From assembly GCA_039798785.1 (NCBI GenBank), contig JBDKFG010000001.1, positions 193,007 through 257,006 on the forward strand: 64,000 bases of DNA, read 5' to 3'. How positions within the stretch are numbered: the stretch's first letter is position 1; every line of letters starts with the position of its first letter. This document shows positions 1-9,634 of the stretch, piece by piece. Origin of the DNA: Verrucomicrobiota bacterium. GTDB taxonomy: Bacteria > Verrucomicrobiota > Lentisphaeria > Lentisphaerales > Lentisphaeraceae. The notes beneath the pieces were generated by a model. That model was not told the DNA's origin and searched no databases. It saw only the letters and a program-made list of their open reading frames with translations. The position numbers and the translations under genes are program-made.

Positions 1-549
1 CAGGGCTTCGTTGAAGGCGCGCGGGCCGATGGCGGTGATCAATTCCTGCAGGGGCGAGTGCTCGGCCATGGCTTCGAGGCGGCGGCTGAGTTCGGGGCCT
101 TGCGGCTGGCGCAAATGGAAGAGGCGGGAGAGGACGCGCTGCAGGTTGCCGTCGACGGCGAGGGCAGGCAGGTTGAGGCCGATGGCGCGCAGGGCGGCGG
201 CGGTGTAGGGGCCGATGCCGGGGAGGCGGCGCAGGGCCTCGGTGTCGCTGGGGATGTCGCGGACCTGGGCGCAGGCGGCGGCGGCTTGGCGCAGGTGCTG
301 GGCGCGGCGGTAGTAGCCGAGGCCGGCCCAGGCTTGGCGGAGGGCTTCGTCGTCGGCGGCGCCGAGGGCGGCGAAATCGGGGAAGCGGCGGAGGAAGTCG
401 TCGAAGCGCGGCGCGACGCTGGCGACGGTGGTCTGCTGCAGCATGATTTCGGAGACGAGGGTGCCGTAGAGGCTGCGGCGGCGTCGCCAAGGGAGTTCGG
501 CGTGAGTGGCGGCCGACCAGGCGGCGAGTTGGGTGAAGGCGTTTTGCAT
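1..549 (-). CDS. mutY: A/G-specific adenine glycosylase, 5' part (runs off the window start; not in the ORF track)
   Basis: Manual translation from ATG at 549: MQNAFTQLAAW...LPWRRRRSLYGTLVSEIMLQQTTV...WAGLGYYRRA...LPGIGPYTAAAL...VDGNLQRVLSRL; these are MutY HhH-GPD motifs. Confidence 0.92.
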   Translation of the reverse strand, partial: MQNAFTQLAAWSAATHAELPWRRRRSLYGTLVSEIMLQQTTVASVAPRFDDFLRRFPDFAALGAADDEALRQAWAGLGYYRRAQHLRQAAAACAQVRDIPSDTEALRRLPGIGPYTAAALRAIGLNLPALAVDGNLQRVLSRLFHLRQPQGPELSRRLEAMAEHSPLQELITAIGPRAFNEAL

Positions 550-603
550 GGCGCAGAAGATACACAGTCAAGACGGGAGGGGCGATGCCGAATCCTTGCC
601 AAG

Positions 604-1437
604 TCAGCCTTTTTTGTCGAGCGACTCGAGCGTCTTCTTGGCTTCTTCATCGCCTTGGGCGAGGGCTTTTTCAAGCCAGAGGCGGGCGGCGCCTGGGTTG
701 GCTTTGCAGCCGAGGCCGCGGAGGTAGCAGAGACCGACGTTGTACTGCGCCAGGGCCAGGCCTTGGTTGCCGGCCTGGACCCAGAGCTTCAAGGCCTTGT
801 GCTCGTCTTTCTTCCTGCCCTCACCATTCATGTAACAGTCTCCAAGGGCAAAAAGCGCTTCGGCGTCATTTTGATCCGCGGCTTTCTGAAACCATTCGGC
901 GGCTTCGTGATGGTCGATGCTGACGACTTTACCAAGACTGAAGGCTTGCCCCATCTGATATTGGGCTCCGGCGTGGCCGGCTTCGGCGAGTTCCTTGAAT
1001 AGCCGGAAGGCGGCATCGGGGTCGGCCTTGGTGCCGAGACCCTCCATCTGGCAGTGGGCGAGGGCGTATTGGGATTCGAGGTGACCCAATGCGGCTGCCT
1101 GGGTGAAGAGGCGGTAGGCTTCGCCCGGATTCTTCGCCGTGCCGCGGCCTTCCATGAGGCACCAGCCGAGGGCGTAATGGGCGAGGGCGAGATCCTGGGA
1201 GGAGGCTTGGCGAAAAGATTTCACCGCGGCTTCCGGATCGGCCGGGATGCCACGCCCTTCGAGCTGGCAGAGACCGACCCGGTAGCGGGCCGCGGCGCTG
1301 CCTGCATCGGCTTCTTTGACATCTCTGGCGAAGGCTGCGGCCGGGCTTTCTTCGACTTCGCGAATCGCCGGGGAGGCGGGGCTGGCCGCGGCGGCGTCGG
1401 GAGAACTCAGCAAGAGAAGAATAGAAAGGGTGTTCAT
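604..1437 (-). CDS. Sel1-like repeat (SLR) protein, probably secreted
   Basis: Repeated A(Q)YxLGxCxxxGxGxxxDxxxAxxWFxKAA units; hydrophobic N-terminus. Confidence 0.88.
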   Translation of the reverse strand: MNTLSILLLLSSPDAAAASPASPAIREVEESPAAAFARDVKEADAGSAAARYRVGLCQLEGRGIPADPEAAVKSFRQASSQDLALAHYALGWCLMEGRGTAKNPGEAYRLFTQAAALGHLESQYALAHCQMEGLGTKADPDAAFRLFKELAEAGHAGAQYQMGQAFSLGKVVSIDHHEAAEWFQKAADQNDAEALFALGDCYMNGEGRKKDEHKALKLWVQAGNQGLALAQYNVGLCYLRGLGCKANPGAARLWLEKALAQGDEEAKKTLESLDKKG

Positions 1438-1560
1438 GGCGCACTCCGGAATTTTTCAGTGGTTTGAAATCTACGCAGGCTTGGTGCCAGGCCAAATTTG
1501 TCGCCGAGGACGGAACATTGCTGTCCCCCCGAGAGTCTAGGCGATAAAGGAGATTTGGGA

Positions 1561-2817
1561 ATGAAGCTTTTGATCGCCGTGTTTTTCCTGACATCGCTCG
1601 GGGCTTGGGCCCAGGGCTTTCACGAGCGCGCGCCGAACAATTACAGCGGCACGTCGGAACAGAATGCTGCGACCTTGCTGAATCGTCGGCTGGAAGCGGG
1701 GGAGCTGCGTTTGGAGGTCAAGGGCGGGACGGGGCGGCTCGAGGCGGTTCTGGCGGCCTTGAAGGTGCCGGCGAGCAGTCAGATGCTGGTGAGCAGCAAG
1801 ACCAGTTTCCACCGCGATTTGATTTCGCCTCAGAACCCGCGTGCGGTTTATTACGGGCCGGACGCGTATGTCGGCTGGGTCAAGGGGGCGGGGGTGCTGG
1901 AGGTGGCGGTGGGCGATCCCAAGCTGGGGCTGGTTTTCTACACCTTGAGCCAGGATTCGAAAGTGCCGCCGCGCTTTCGTCGCGACGATGCCTGCCTTTC
2001 CTGTCACGGCACCTCGCGCACCGGCAACGAGCCGGGACTGGTGATCCGTTCGATCTTCCCCGACGACAAGGGGAGGCCGATCTCCTCGGCGGGGGAAGCG
2101 GAGGTGGAGACCTCGACTCCTTTCGAGCAGCGTTGGGGCGGCTGGCTGGTGACGGGCCGTTTCGAGGGGCGGCATCGCGGCAACGGGGTGGCGGTCAAGC
2201 GTGGCGAAAGCTGGGTGCTAGAGCCTATGAAAGCGGCGGATCTGAAGGCCTTTTCGAAGGATTTTGACGCGTCGGTGTATTTGCGGCCGAGTAGCGACGT
2301 CGGCACCTTGATGGTCTTCGAGCAGCAGGCGACCTTGCACAATCTGTTGATCCGTGGGGCGCTGCAGGTGCGCTGCCTGCTGGAAAGCGACCGCGAAATC
2401 AACGAGCTCCTCGGGCAGAGCGGGCCGCGCGAGCAGAGCGTCCGGATCATCGGCAACCTGGCGAAGGAGATCGCCGCGTCGCTGCTCCTGAAGGGCGAGC
2501 CGGATCTGAGCGCGGCGAAGATCATTCCCGATGCCGCTTTCGCGGCCGATTTCGCCGCCTTGTGGCCGGCGAGCTCCGCGGGCGAGCGGCTCGGCGCGTT
2601 GGAAATGAAGTCGCAGCTGTTTCGGCTTCCCCTGTCGCCGATGATCCATTCACCGGCCTTCGAGGTCCTGCCGGCGGAGCTGAAAAGCGCGGCCTTCAAG
2701 GAGCTCCGCTCGGTCTTGGAAGGCGGCGGCGCCTGGCCGGAAGGGGTCAAGCCGATGACCGCCGAGATGAAGTTCAGGCTGCATCGCCACCTGCTCGAGA
2801 CGGTCAAGGGCTACTGA
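1561..2817 (+). CDS. Secreted hypothetical protein with one CxxCH (putative c-type heme) motif
   Basis: Start at ATG 1561 after a GGAG element; signal peptide MKLLIAVFFLTSLGAWA; motif CLSCH; SKTSF and RWGGW motifs. Confidence 0.7.
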   Translation: MKLLIAVFFLTSLGAWAQGFHERAPNNYSGTSEQNAATLLNRRLEAGELRLEVKGGTGRLEAVLAALKVPASSQMLVSSKTSFHRDLISPQNPRAVYYGPDAYVGWVKGAGVLEVAVGDPKLGLVFYTLSQDSKVPPRFRRDDACLSCHGTSRTGNEPGLVIRSIFPDDKGRPISSAGEAEVETSTPFEQRWGGWLVTGRFEGRHRGNGVAVKRGESWVLEPMKAADLKAFSKDFDASVYLRPSSDVGTLMVFEQQATLHNLLIRGALQVRCLLESDREINELLGQSGPREQSVRIIGNLAKEIAASLLLKGEPDLSAAKIIPDAAFAADFAALWPASSAGERLGALEMKSQLFRLPLSPMIHSPAFEVLPAELKSAAFKELRSVLEGGGAWPEGVKPMTAEMKFRLHRHLLETVKGY

Positions 2818-2821
2818 GGCT

Positions 2822-3868
2822 TCAGGCTCCCGGGCGCCGCCAAGCTTGACCCAGGAAGCCTTCGACGAGGAAGTCGTCGCCGAGGATTTCGTGGCGGCGA
2901 CCCTGGAGTTGCCAGGCGGCTTCGAGCGATTCGGGGTCGTCACCGGCGACGGCGGGACGGCTGCCTCTGCCGCCGAGAATCTTGGGGGCGATGAACCAGC
3001 TCACCTGATCGACGCAGCCGGCGGCGAGGAGCGAGGCGGCGAGATTGCCTCCGCCTTCACAAAGGATGCGGGTTACACCTTCCTGGGCGAGAGAGGAGAG
3101 GATCTTGTCCCATTCGGCGGCTCCATCGGCTTGCAGGCAGCGGGCGGAGGCGCCGTCATCAGAACGGAAGACCTTGAGATCTGGCGACAGCGATTCGGGG
3201 CGACGGGTCCAGACGAGGCGTTTCGGCTGTTTCGGCCATTCGGGATCTTCGACGCGGAGCGAGGGATCATCGAGGCGGCAGGTGTCGCCTCCGACCAGGA
3301 TGGCGTCGGCGAGGCGGCGGAATTCCTGAACCCGGCTGCGTGCGGCGGGGCCGGTGATCCAGCGCGACTGGCCGGAGGCGGTGGCGATGCGCCCGTCGAG
3401 AGTGCTGGCCAGTTTGAGATGGACCCAGGGGCGCTTGAGGGAGATCCACTTGAAGAAGGCGTGGTTGAGTTCCCAGCATTGTTCCGGCAGGACCGGTCCG
3501 GCGACTTCGACTCCGGCCTGGCGGAGGGCGTCGAGGCCGGCGCCGGCGTGGGCGGGATTGGGGTCGGCGATGCCGTAGACGAGGCGGGCGATGCCGGCCT
3601 TGAGGACGGCCTCGGTGCAGGGCGGGGTGCGGCCGCGGGTGCAGCAGGGCTCGAGGGTGACGTAGAGGGTGGCGCCGCGGGGGTCTTCGGTGCAGGAGGC
3701 GAGGGCTTCGGGTTCGGCGTGGGGCAGACCGGCGCGGCGGTGGTGGCCTCGGCCGATGAGGCGGCCGTCCTTGACGACGACGGCGCCGACGGCGGGATTG
3801 GGGGAGGTGAGTCCGGCGGCGAGGCGGGCTTCATCGAGGGCGGTGCTCATCCATTGGGAGTCGTTCAT
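2822..3868 (-). CDS. ribD: Bifunctional riboflavin deaminase/reductase
   Basis: PNPAVGAVVV, HAE, TLEPCC...TPPC zinc motifs; SRWITG and EGGG reductase motifs; start moved to MNDSQWM at 3868. Confidence 0.95.
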   Translation of the reverse strand: MNDSQWMSTALDEARLAAGLTSPNPAVGAVVVKDGRLIGRGHHRRAGLPHAEPEALASCTEDPRGATLYVTLEPCCTRGRTPPCTEAVLKAGIARLVYGIADPNPAHAGAGLDALRQAGVEVAGPVLPEQCWELNHAFFKWISLKRPWVHLKLASTLDGRIATASGQSRWITGPAARSRVQEFRRLADAILVGGDTCRLDDPSLRVEDPEWPKQPKRLVWTRRPESLSPDLKVFRSDDGASARCLQADGAAEWDKILSSLAQEGVTRILCEGGGNLAASLLAAGCVDQVSWFIAPKILGGRGSRPAVAGDDPESLEAAWQLQGRRHEILGDDFLVEGFLGQAWRRPGA

Positions 3869-3890
3869 GGCGGGCTGTGGGGTTGGGGCT

Positions 3891-4730
3891 TCAGGGAGCG
3901 AGGGCTTCGACGGCGACGGCGGGGAGGGGGGAGCCCGGGACTGGGCTGCCGACGAGCCAGCCAGCCTCGCTGCGGATGGGCTGGGCGAGGCAGAGGTGGA
4001 CATAGGCCTTGGCGCCGCGGCAGGCTTCCAGCCAGTCGGGGGACTGCTGGCGGGCGCGGATGGCGGTGGCGGCGGCGGCGAGACGGCAGCCGGTGCCGTG
4101 TGAGGCTGGCGCCTGGCGCAGCCGCGGCAGACGGAGCAGCCAGGTGCGCTGCCGGTCGCGGAGGATGTCGAGGGCATCGTCGCCGTCGCCGTGGCCGCCT
4201 TTGAGGAGGACGGCGCAGCCGTGCCGTTCAGCCAGTTCGGCGGCGGCGCGGCACTGCTCGGCCAGGCCGGCGAGGCTTCGACCGAGGAGGAATTCCGCTT
4301 CCGGCAGGTTCGGGGTGATCAGGGCGGCGCGGCGGAAGAGGCGGGGAAGCCGGGACTGGCCTGCGGGCGAGAGGAGGGCTCGTCCCGAGGTCGAGATCAG
4401 CACCGGATCGGCGACCAGGGGGGCGCCGGCGGGGAGCTCTCGCAGCAGCGCATCGAGGTTGGCGGCGCTGGCGAGCATGCCGCTCTTCACTGCGGCAAGG
4501 CGGAAATGAGATGCGACCGCGGCGATCTGGGAGGCGAAAGCTCGGGAGCTGAGAGGGTTCACCTCTCGCACCTGAAGCGGGTTCTGGGCGGTGGCGGCGC
4601 TGACGGCGCAGCAGCCGTGGACGCCGAAGTGGCGGAAGCTCAGCAGGTCGGCCTGGAGGCCGGCCTCGCCGCCGCTGTCGCTGCCGCCGGCTGCGAGGCA
4701 GACGGGCGCATAGTCTTCACTGTCGGGCAT
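3891..4730 (-). CDS. thiD: Hydroxymethylpyrimidine/phosphomethylpyrimidine kinase
   Basis: GSDSGGEAGLQADL, VKSGML, DPVLISTSG, TPNLPEA, LKGGH, HGTGC. Confidence 0.92.
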   Translation of the reverse strand: MPDSEDYAPVCLAAGGSDSGGEAGLQADLLSFRHFGVHGCCAVSAATAQNPLQVREVNPLSSRAFASQIAAVASHFRLAAVKSGMLASAANLDALLRELPAGAPLVADPVLISTSGRALLSPAGQSRLPRLFRRAALITPNLPEAEFLLGRSLAGLAEQCRAAAELAERHGCAVLLKGGHGDGDDALDILRDRQRTWLLRLPRLRQAPASHGTGCRLAAAATAIRARQQSPDWLEACRGAKAYVHLCLAQPIRSEAGWLVGSPVPGSPLPAVAVEALAP

Positions 4731-4802
4731 TGCAAAGGTTCTCCATGGGGCCTAATATAGACGCAGGCGGAAACTGGGACTGGTGACGCCGCAAGGAGGA
4801 GT

Positions 4803-5531
4803 ATGAAGAAGTATTGCCAGTGGGCGGCGCTGCTCGCCCTGATGTTCCTGTTCACCTCCTGCGAATGGTCGAGATGGATGGATTTCCGTGATCAGATGGC
4901 CGATGGCGCCTATGCCAAGAACGCCCGGGTGGAGATCGTCGATCGCCGCGGCGTCATCCATCTCCAAAATCCGATCCTGACCGCCGCCGACATCCGTCTC
5001 GTCACCCAGAAGGAGCCGACCCTCAGCGTCAAGGAGAACGGCCTTCTGCGCGAGACCTGGGTCTGCCGTCGCGAGGGGCCAAAGCGTCGCGGCGCTGCAG
5101 ACGACATGGAATTCCTGATGGGCTACAACGCCAAAGGCACCATTGATCTGTTCAAGGCCCCGGTGCAGTTCGCCACCATGTTCAAAAGCGATCTCGCCAG
5201 CTACGCCAAGGCGGCGCAGTGCTCTTTCATCGGCAGCGTCAAGGTGTTCTCCAAGGGGGTGGAATCGGAGCTTCCTTATGAGAAGGGCAGCACCCGGATC
5301 TGGCCGGACAAGGCGATGATCATCGCCGCCTATGGCGAGGCCGACAAGGACGACAAGTCGGTCCTGACCTATAATTATTATGTCTCCCCCGCCGCAGGCG
5401 AGAAGGACGACGGCAAGAATCCGGGGCGCCAGATCCGGATGGAGTTCAGCTTCGACAAGAAGAACCGGCTCAAGCTCTGCAAGATGTTCCTTGGCAGTAC
5501 CGAACTGAGCCTAGAACTGGGAGAGGACTGA
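4803..5531 (+). CDS. Putative lipoprotein, first gene of the pil operon
   Basis: Lipobox-like LFTSC after a hydrophobic stretch; GGAG RBS; stop overlaps the pilB ATG (TGATG). Confidence 0.7.
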   Translation: MKKYCQWAALLALMFLFTSCEWSRWMDFRDQMADGAYAKNARVEIVDRRGVIHLQNPILTAADIRLVTQKEPTLSVKENGLLRETWVCRREGPKRRGAADDMEFLMGYNAKGTIDLFKAPVQFATMFKSDLASYAKAAQCSFIGSVKVFSKGVESELPYEKGSTRIWPDKAMIIAAYGEADKDDKSVLTYNYYVSPAAGEKDDGKNPGRQIRMEFSFDKKNRLKLCKMFLGSTELSLELGED

Positions 5532-7207
5532 TGAGCCTGATCCATCCCGAGGATGAGCCGCTCTGGGAAGCGCTCACCGCCGCCCATGTCGCCGACGAGG
5601 AGGTCCTCGCTCTTGCCTTCGCCGACGCCTACGACCAGAAGATCAGCCCCGAAGAGGAGGTGGTCGACCGCGGCCTCCTGAGCGAGGAGGAGCTGGCGAT
5701 GCTGCTGTCGAAGAATGCCGGAACGGAGGCGGTCGACCCCGCAAACGCCAGCCTGACGCAGGATTTGATGGCTCGCATCCCTGCCCGCCTGGTGTTGAAA
5801 TATCACATCCTTCCCTGGGCCGACGACGGCGACACCCTCTTCGTCGCCTGCGTCAATCCACTGCGCCCGCATCTGCAGGAGACCCTGAAAAACCTCCTCA
5901 AGCGTGAGGTGCAGCTTCTCGCCGCCCCCGCCAGCCGCCTCGGCGAGTCGATCCGGCTGGCCTACGGGGAAGTCGAATCCCGCTCCGATCTCAGTGATTT
6001 CGAAGTCGTCCGTGACGACGACGAGGATGAAGACGAGGATGAAGAAGGCCGCAGCGACAGCGCCATCGCCCTGCTGGTCGAGTCGATCATCTCCCAGGCC
6101 ATCCGCGAGCGCACCAGCGACATCCACATCGAGCCCTTCGAGCACGAGACCCAGGTCCGGATGCGGATCGACGGCACCCTGGTCGAAACACACCGACAGC
6201 CCCGCCTGCTGCATAATTCGATCTGCAGCCGGGTGAAGGTCCTGGCCGGCCTCAACGTCGCCGAATCCCGGCTGCCGCAGGACGGACGGATAGAATTCCG
6301 CTTCGAGGGGCGCTCGGTCGACCTGCGCATCTCGACCCTGCCCGTCCGGCACGGCGAGATGATCTGCATCCGCGTCCTCGACCGCAGCGGCAGCGTCCTC
6401 AGCCTCGACCGCATCGGCCTGCCCGAGGAGCTGGTCGCCGGCATCCGCCGCCAGGCCAACCGCCCGAGCGGCATTTTCATCGTCACCGGCCCGACCGGTT
6501 CCGGCAAGTCGACCACCCTCTATGCCGCCCTGTGCGAGCTCAACGTCAGCACCGAGAAGATCCTCACCGCTGAGGATCCGATCGAATATGAGATCGACGG
6601 CATCGTGCAAGTCCAGGTCCACGAAGCGATCGGCCTCGGCTATTCCCGCCTCATCCGCGCCTTCCTCCGCCAGGACCCCGACCGCATCATGATCGGCGAG
6701 ATCCGCGACACCGAGACGGCGGCTATGGCGATCCAGGCGGCGCTCACCGGCCACATGGTCTATTCCACCCTTCACACCAACGACGCCCCCGGCGCGGTTG
6801 CACGTCTCCTCGACATGGGGGTCGAGCCCTTCCTCATCGCCGCGGCGATGAACGGCGTCCTCGGACAGCGACTGTTGCGCAAGATCTGCGACGGCTGCAA
6901 AGCCTCCTACAAGCCCGAAAAGACCGAGGTCGACGCCCTCGGCCTGGGCCAGAATGAAGTGGAGGCCGGCTTTTTCTACGGTCGCGGCTGTGCCAAATGC
7001 AATATGACAGGCTACCGTGGAAGAGTGCCCATTCAAGAACTTCTCGAATTCACTCCGGAAATCAAGACCTTGGTGCTGCGACGCGCGCCGACCTCGACCA
7101 TCCGCCAGCAGGCGGTCCGTCAAGGGATGGTGCCGATGCGGCTCCAGGGAGCCAGACTGGTGGTGACCGGCCTGACCACGGCCGAAGAAGTGCTGAAATA
7201 CACTTGA
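5531..7207 (+). CDS. pilB: Type IV pilus assembly ATPase (PilB/GspE family)
   Basis: SDIHIEP, PQDGR, Walker A GPTGSGKST, EDPIEY, LRQDPD, LTGH..HTNDA, tetracysteine CDGC..CAKC. Confidence 0.9.
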   Translation: MSLIHPEDEPLWEALTAAHVADEEVLALAFADAYDQKISPEEEVVDRGLLSEEELAMLLSKNAGTEAVDPANASLTQDLMARIPARLVLKYHILPWADDGDTLFVACVNPLRPHLQETLKNLLKREVQLLAAPASRLGESIRLAYGEVESRSDLSDFEVVRDDDEDEDEDEEGRSDSAIALLVESIISQAIRERTSDIHIEPFEHETQVRMRIDGTLVETHRQPRLLHNSICSRVKVLAGLNVAESRLPQDGRIEFRFEGRSVDLRISTLPVRHGEMICIRVLDRSGSVLSLDRIGLPEELVAGIRRQANRPSGIFIVTGPTGSGKSTTLYAALCELNVSTEKILTAEDPIEYEIDGIVQVQVHEAIGLGYSRLIRAFLRQDPDRIMIGEIRDTETAAMAIQAALTGHMVYSTLHTNDAPGAVARLLDMGVEPFLIAAAMNGVLGQRLLRKICDGCKASYKPEKTEVDALGLGQNEVEAGFFYGRGCAKCNMTGYRGRVPIQELLEFTPEIKTLVLRRAPTSTIRQQAVRQGMVPMRLQGARLVVTGLTTAEEVLKYT

Positions 7208-7225
7208 ACCCAGGGGGAGCTGCCA

Positions 7226-8284
7226 ATGATCGAGATGCATGAGCTGCTGCAATTGGTGCTTGATGAAGGTGCGAGCGACTTGCACCTGACCGTGGACTCG
7301 CCGCCGGTGTTGCGGATGCGCGGCGAAATGGTGCCGCTCGACACTGATCCTCTCACCGCCGAAGACACCGAACGTCTGATGAAGTCGGTCACTTCCGATG
7401 CCAACCGCATCCGCCTCAACGAAGTCGGTGGCGCCGACTTCGGCTTCGCTTATGGCGACGCGGCCCGTTTCCGGGTCTCGGTCTTCCGCCAGAAAGGCCG
7501 GATCGGCCTCGTCCTGCGCACTATCTCCAACAAGCTCCTCACCCTCGAGCAGATCGGCCTGCCCGCCTCGATCAAGGACCTCCTCTACAAGCCGCGCGGC
7601 CTGATCCTGGTCACCGGTCCCACCGGCTCCGGCAAATCCACCACCCTCGCTTCGATGCTCAACATCATCAACGAGGAGCGCGCCGCCCACATCATCACCA
7701 TCGAAGACCCGATCGAATTCTACCACCCGCACAAGCGCAGCGTCGTCAACCAGCGCGAAGTCGGCGCCGACGTCCCATCCTTCGCCGAAGCCCTGCGGCG
7801 TGCCCTCCGCCAGGACCCGGACGTCATCCTCGTCGGTGAGATGCGCGACCTCGAGACCATCTCTGCAGCCGTATCCGCCGCGGAAACCGGCCACCTCGTC
7901 TTCGGTACCCTCCACACCACCGGTGCCGCCGAGACCATCGACCGTATCGTCGACGTCTTCCCCACCAACCAGCAGGCGCAGGTCCGCAGCCAGCTCGCCG
8001 CCGGTCTCGAATGCGTCGTCTCCCAGCTTCTTCTGCCGCGCATCGACAAGCCGGGGCGCGTCGCCGCCTTCGAGATCATGATCAAGACCCCTGGCATCCA
8101 GTCCCTGATCCGCGACGCCAAGACCTTCCAGGTCGCCTCTCACATTCAGACCGGCGCCAAATACGGCATGAACACTTTGGATTCGCACCTTTTGCAATTG
8201 TTCGAATCGGGTATCATCTCTTATGCAGAAATGATCACCAAGTGCAAAGACGCCAATTTCATCAATGAAAAAATCCGCGGCTGA
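7226..8284 (+). CDS. pilT: Type IV pilus retraction ATPase
   Basis: ASDLHL, GPTGSGKST, EDPIEF, QREVG, AETGHLVFGTLHT, AIRNLIRE-like GIQSLIRD. Confidence 0.93.
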   Translation: MIEMHELLQLVLDEGASDLHLTVDSPPVLRMRGEMVPLDTDPLTAEDTERLMKSVTSDANRIRLNEVGGADFGFAYGDAARFRVSVFRQKGRIGLVLRTISNKLLTLEQIGLPASIKDLLYKPRGLILVTGPTGSGKSTTLASMLNIINEERAAHIITIEDPIEFYHPHKRSVVNQREVGADVPSFAEALRRALRQDPDVILVGEMRDLETISAAVSAAETGHLVFGTLHTTGAAETIDRIVDVFPTNQQAQVRSQLAAGLECVVSQLLLPRIDKPGRVAAFEIMIKTPGIQSLIRDAKTFQVASHIQTGAKYGMNTLDSHLLQLFESGIISYAEMITKCKDANFINEKIRG

Positions 8285-8309
8285 GCGGCTTTGATCCAAG
8301 GAGACACCC

Positions 8310-9548
8310 ATGCCTAAGTTTGACTACGTCGCGATGGATTCCCGCGGACGCGAATCCAAGGGTACGATCGAGGCCGAGAACGCCAAAATCGCCGAGGCGC
8401 AATTGAAGGAGAAGGGGCTTCTTCCCCGCGAAATCAATCCGCAGAAGGGGGCGAAGGCGGCGCCGAAGAAAGGCGGCAGCAAGCAGATCACCTTGGGCGG
8501 CGCCCCGGCGATCAAGGGCAAGGAGCTCACCACCTTCACCCGCCAGCTCTCGGTTCTGATCTCCGCCGGCCTTCCCCTGGTCCGCGCCCTCCGTACGCTC
8601 GAAAAGCAGGCCAAGCGCACCCCTCACATCCAGCTGGTCATCGGCCAGGTAGCCGACTCGGTTGAAGGCGGCTCCACCTTCTCCGAATCGCTCAGCCAGC
8701 AGAAGAAGTCCTTCGATGACTTGTACTGCGCCATGATCAAGGCCGGTGAAGCCTCCGGCGCGATGGAGGCGGTGCTCGACCGTCTCGCCATGTTCATGGA
8801 AAAAGCCGAACGCCTGAAGCGCAAGATCAAGGGCGCCTTGACCTACCCGGTCGCGGTTCTCGGCATTGCCTTGTGCATCACCGGCTTCTTGATGGTATTC
8901 ATCGTACCCAAATTCAAGACCATCTTCGATGACATGCTCAAGGGCGAGCCCCTGCCTGGCCTCACCGCCATGGTGGTCGCCTTCTCCGACTTCATGAAGG
9001 GGTACTGGTACGTCTGCATCGGCATGGTCTTTGCTGCCATCGGCGGATTCAAAGCCCTCGCTGCCACCCCGCCGGGGCGCCTCCTCATCGACTCAATGTC
9101 GCTCAAGATGCCCCCCTTCGGTGGCTTGGTCACCAAGGTCAACGTCGCCCGCTTCTGCCGCACCCTCTCGACTCTCCTGTCCTCAGGCGTGTCGATCCTG
9201 CAAGCCCTCGAAATCGTCAAGGAGACCACCGGCAACAAAGTGGTCGGCGCCGGTATTTCCTCGATCGCCAGCGCTGTCAAGGAAGGTGAAGGGATGAGCA
9301 AGCCTCTCGAAAACACCGGCATCTTCCCGGTCATGATGGTGTCGATGGTGGAAGTCGGTGAAGAGACCGGCGCCCTGCCCGACATGCTCGTCCGCGTCGC
9401 CGACATCTACGAGGAAGAAGTCGATGTCGCCGTCGACTCGCTCACGTCTCTGATCGAACCGATGATGATCGTCGGCCTCGCCGTCATCGTCGGTACCATC
9501 GTCATCGCCATGTTCATGCCGATGATCGCGATCATGCAGAAACTGTGA
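8310..9548 (+). CDS. pilC: Type IV pilus/T2SS inner-membrane platform protein (PilC/GspF)
   Basis: FTRQLSVLISAGLPL, AGEASG, ALTYP, GEETGAL, LIEPMMI. Confidence 0.92.
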   Translation: MPKFDYVAMDSRGRESKGTIEAENAKIAEAQLKEKGLLPREINPQKGAKAAPKKGGSKQITLGGAPAIKGKELTTFTRQLSVLISAGLPLVRALRTLEKQAKRTPHIQLVIGQVADSVEGGSTFSESLSQQKKSFDDLYCAMIKAGEASGAMEAVLDRLAMFMEKAERLKRKIKGALTYPVAVLGIALCITGFLMVFIVPKFKTIFDDMLKGEPLPGLTAMVVAFSDFMKGYWYVCIGMVFAAIGGFKALAATPPGRLLIDSMSLKMPPFGGLVTKVNVARFCRTLSTLLSSGVSILQALEIVKETTGNKVVGAGISSIASAVKEGEGMSKPLENTGIFPVMMVSMVEVGEETGALPDMLVRVADIYEEEVDVAVDSLTSLIEPMMIVGLAVIVGTIVIAMFMPMIAIMQKL

Positions 9549-9598
9549 CAAAATGACAAGCGCCTGCCTTGATGGGCAGGCGCCTGCATTTACTGTCA
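9546..9598. other. Intergenic stem-loop without a U-tract between pilC and the large TPR-like gene
   Basis: tgaca aaatg..gcgcctgcc ttgatg ggcaggcgc..cattt..tgtca. Confidence 0.55.
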
Positions 9599-9634
9599 GT
9601 CCCCATTCTCGTATTTCAGCTAAGGAGTCTCAGG

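Noticed and set aside
4731..4802. Possible TPP or FMN riboswitch ahead of thiD-ribD
   Set aside because: The divergent gap is only ~70 nt and lacks the conserved aptamer motifs.
5378..8311. 977-aa minus-strand ORF, and similar long ORFs at 10976-13507, 24962-27154, 30337-33423, 59612-63813
   Set aside because: Antisense shadows of well-supported genes; biased codon usage at high GC suppresses stops on the opposite strand, and they carry no motifs.
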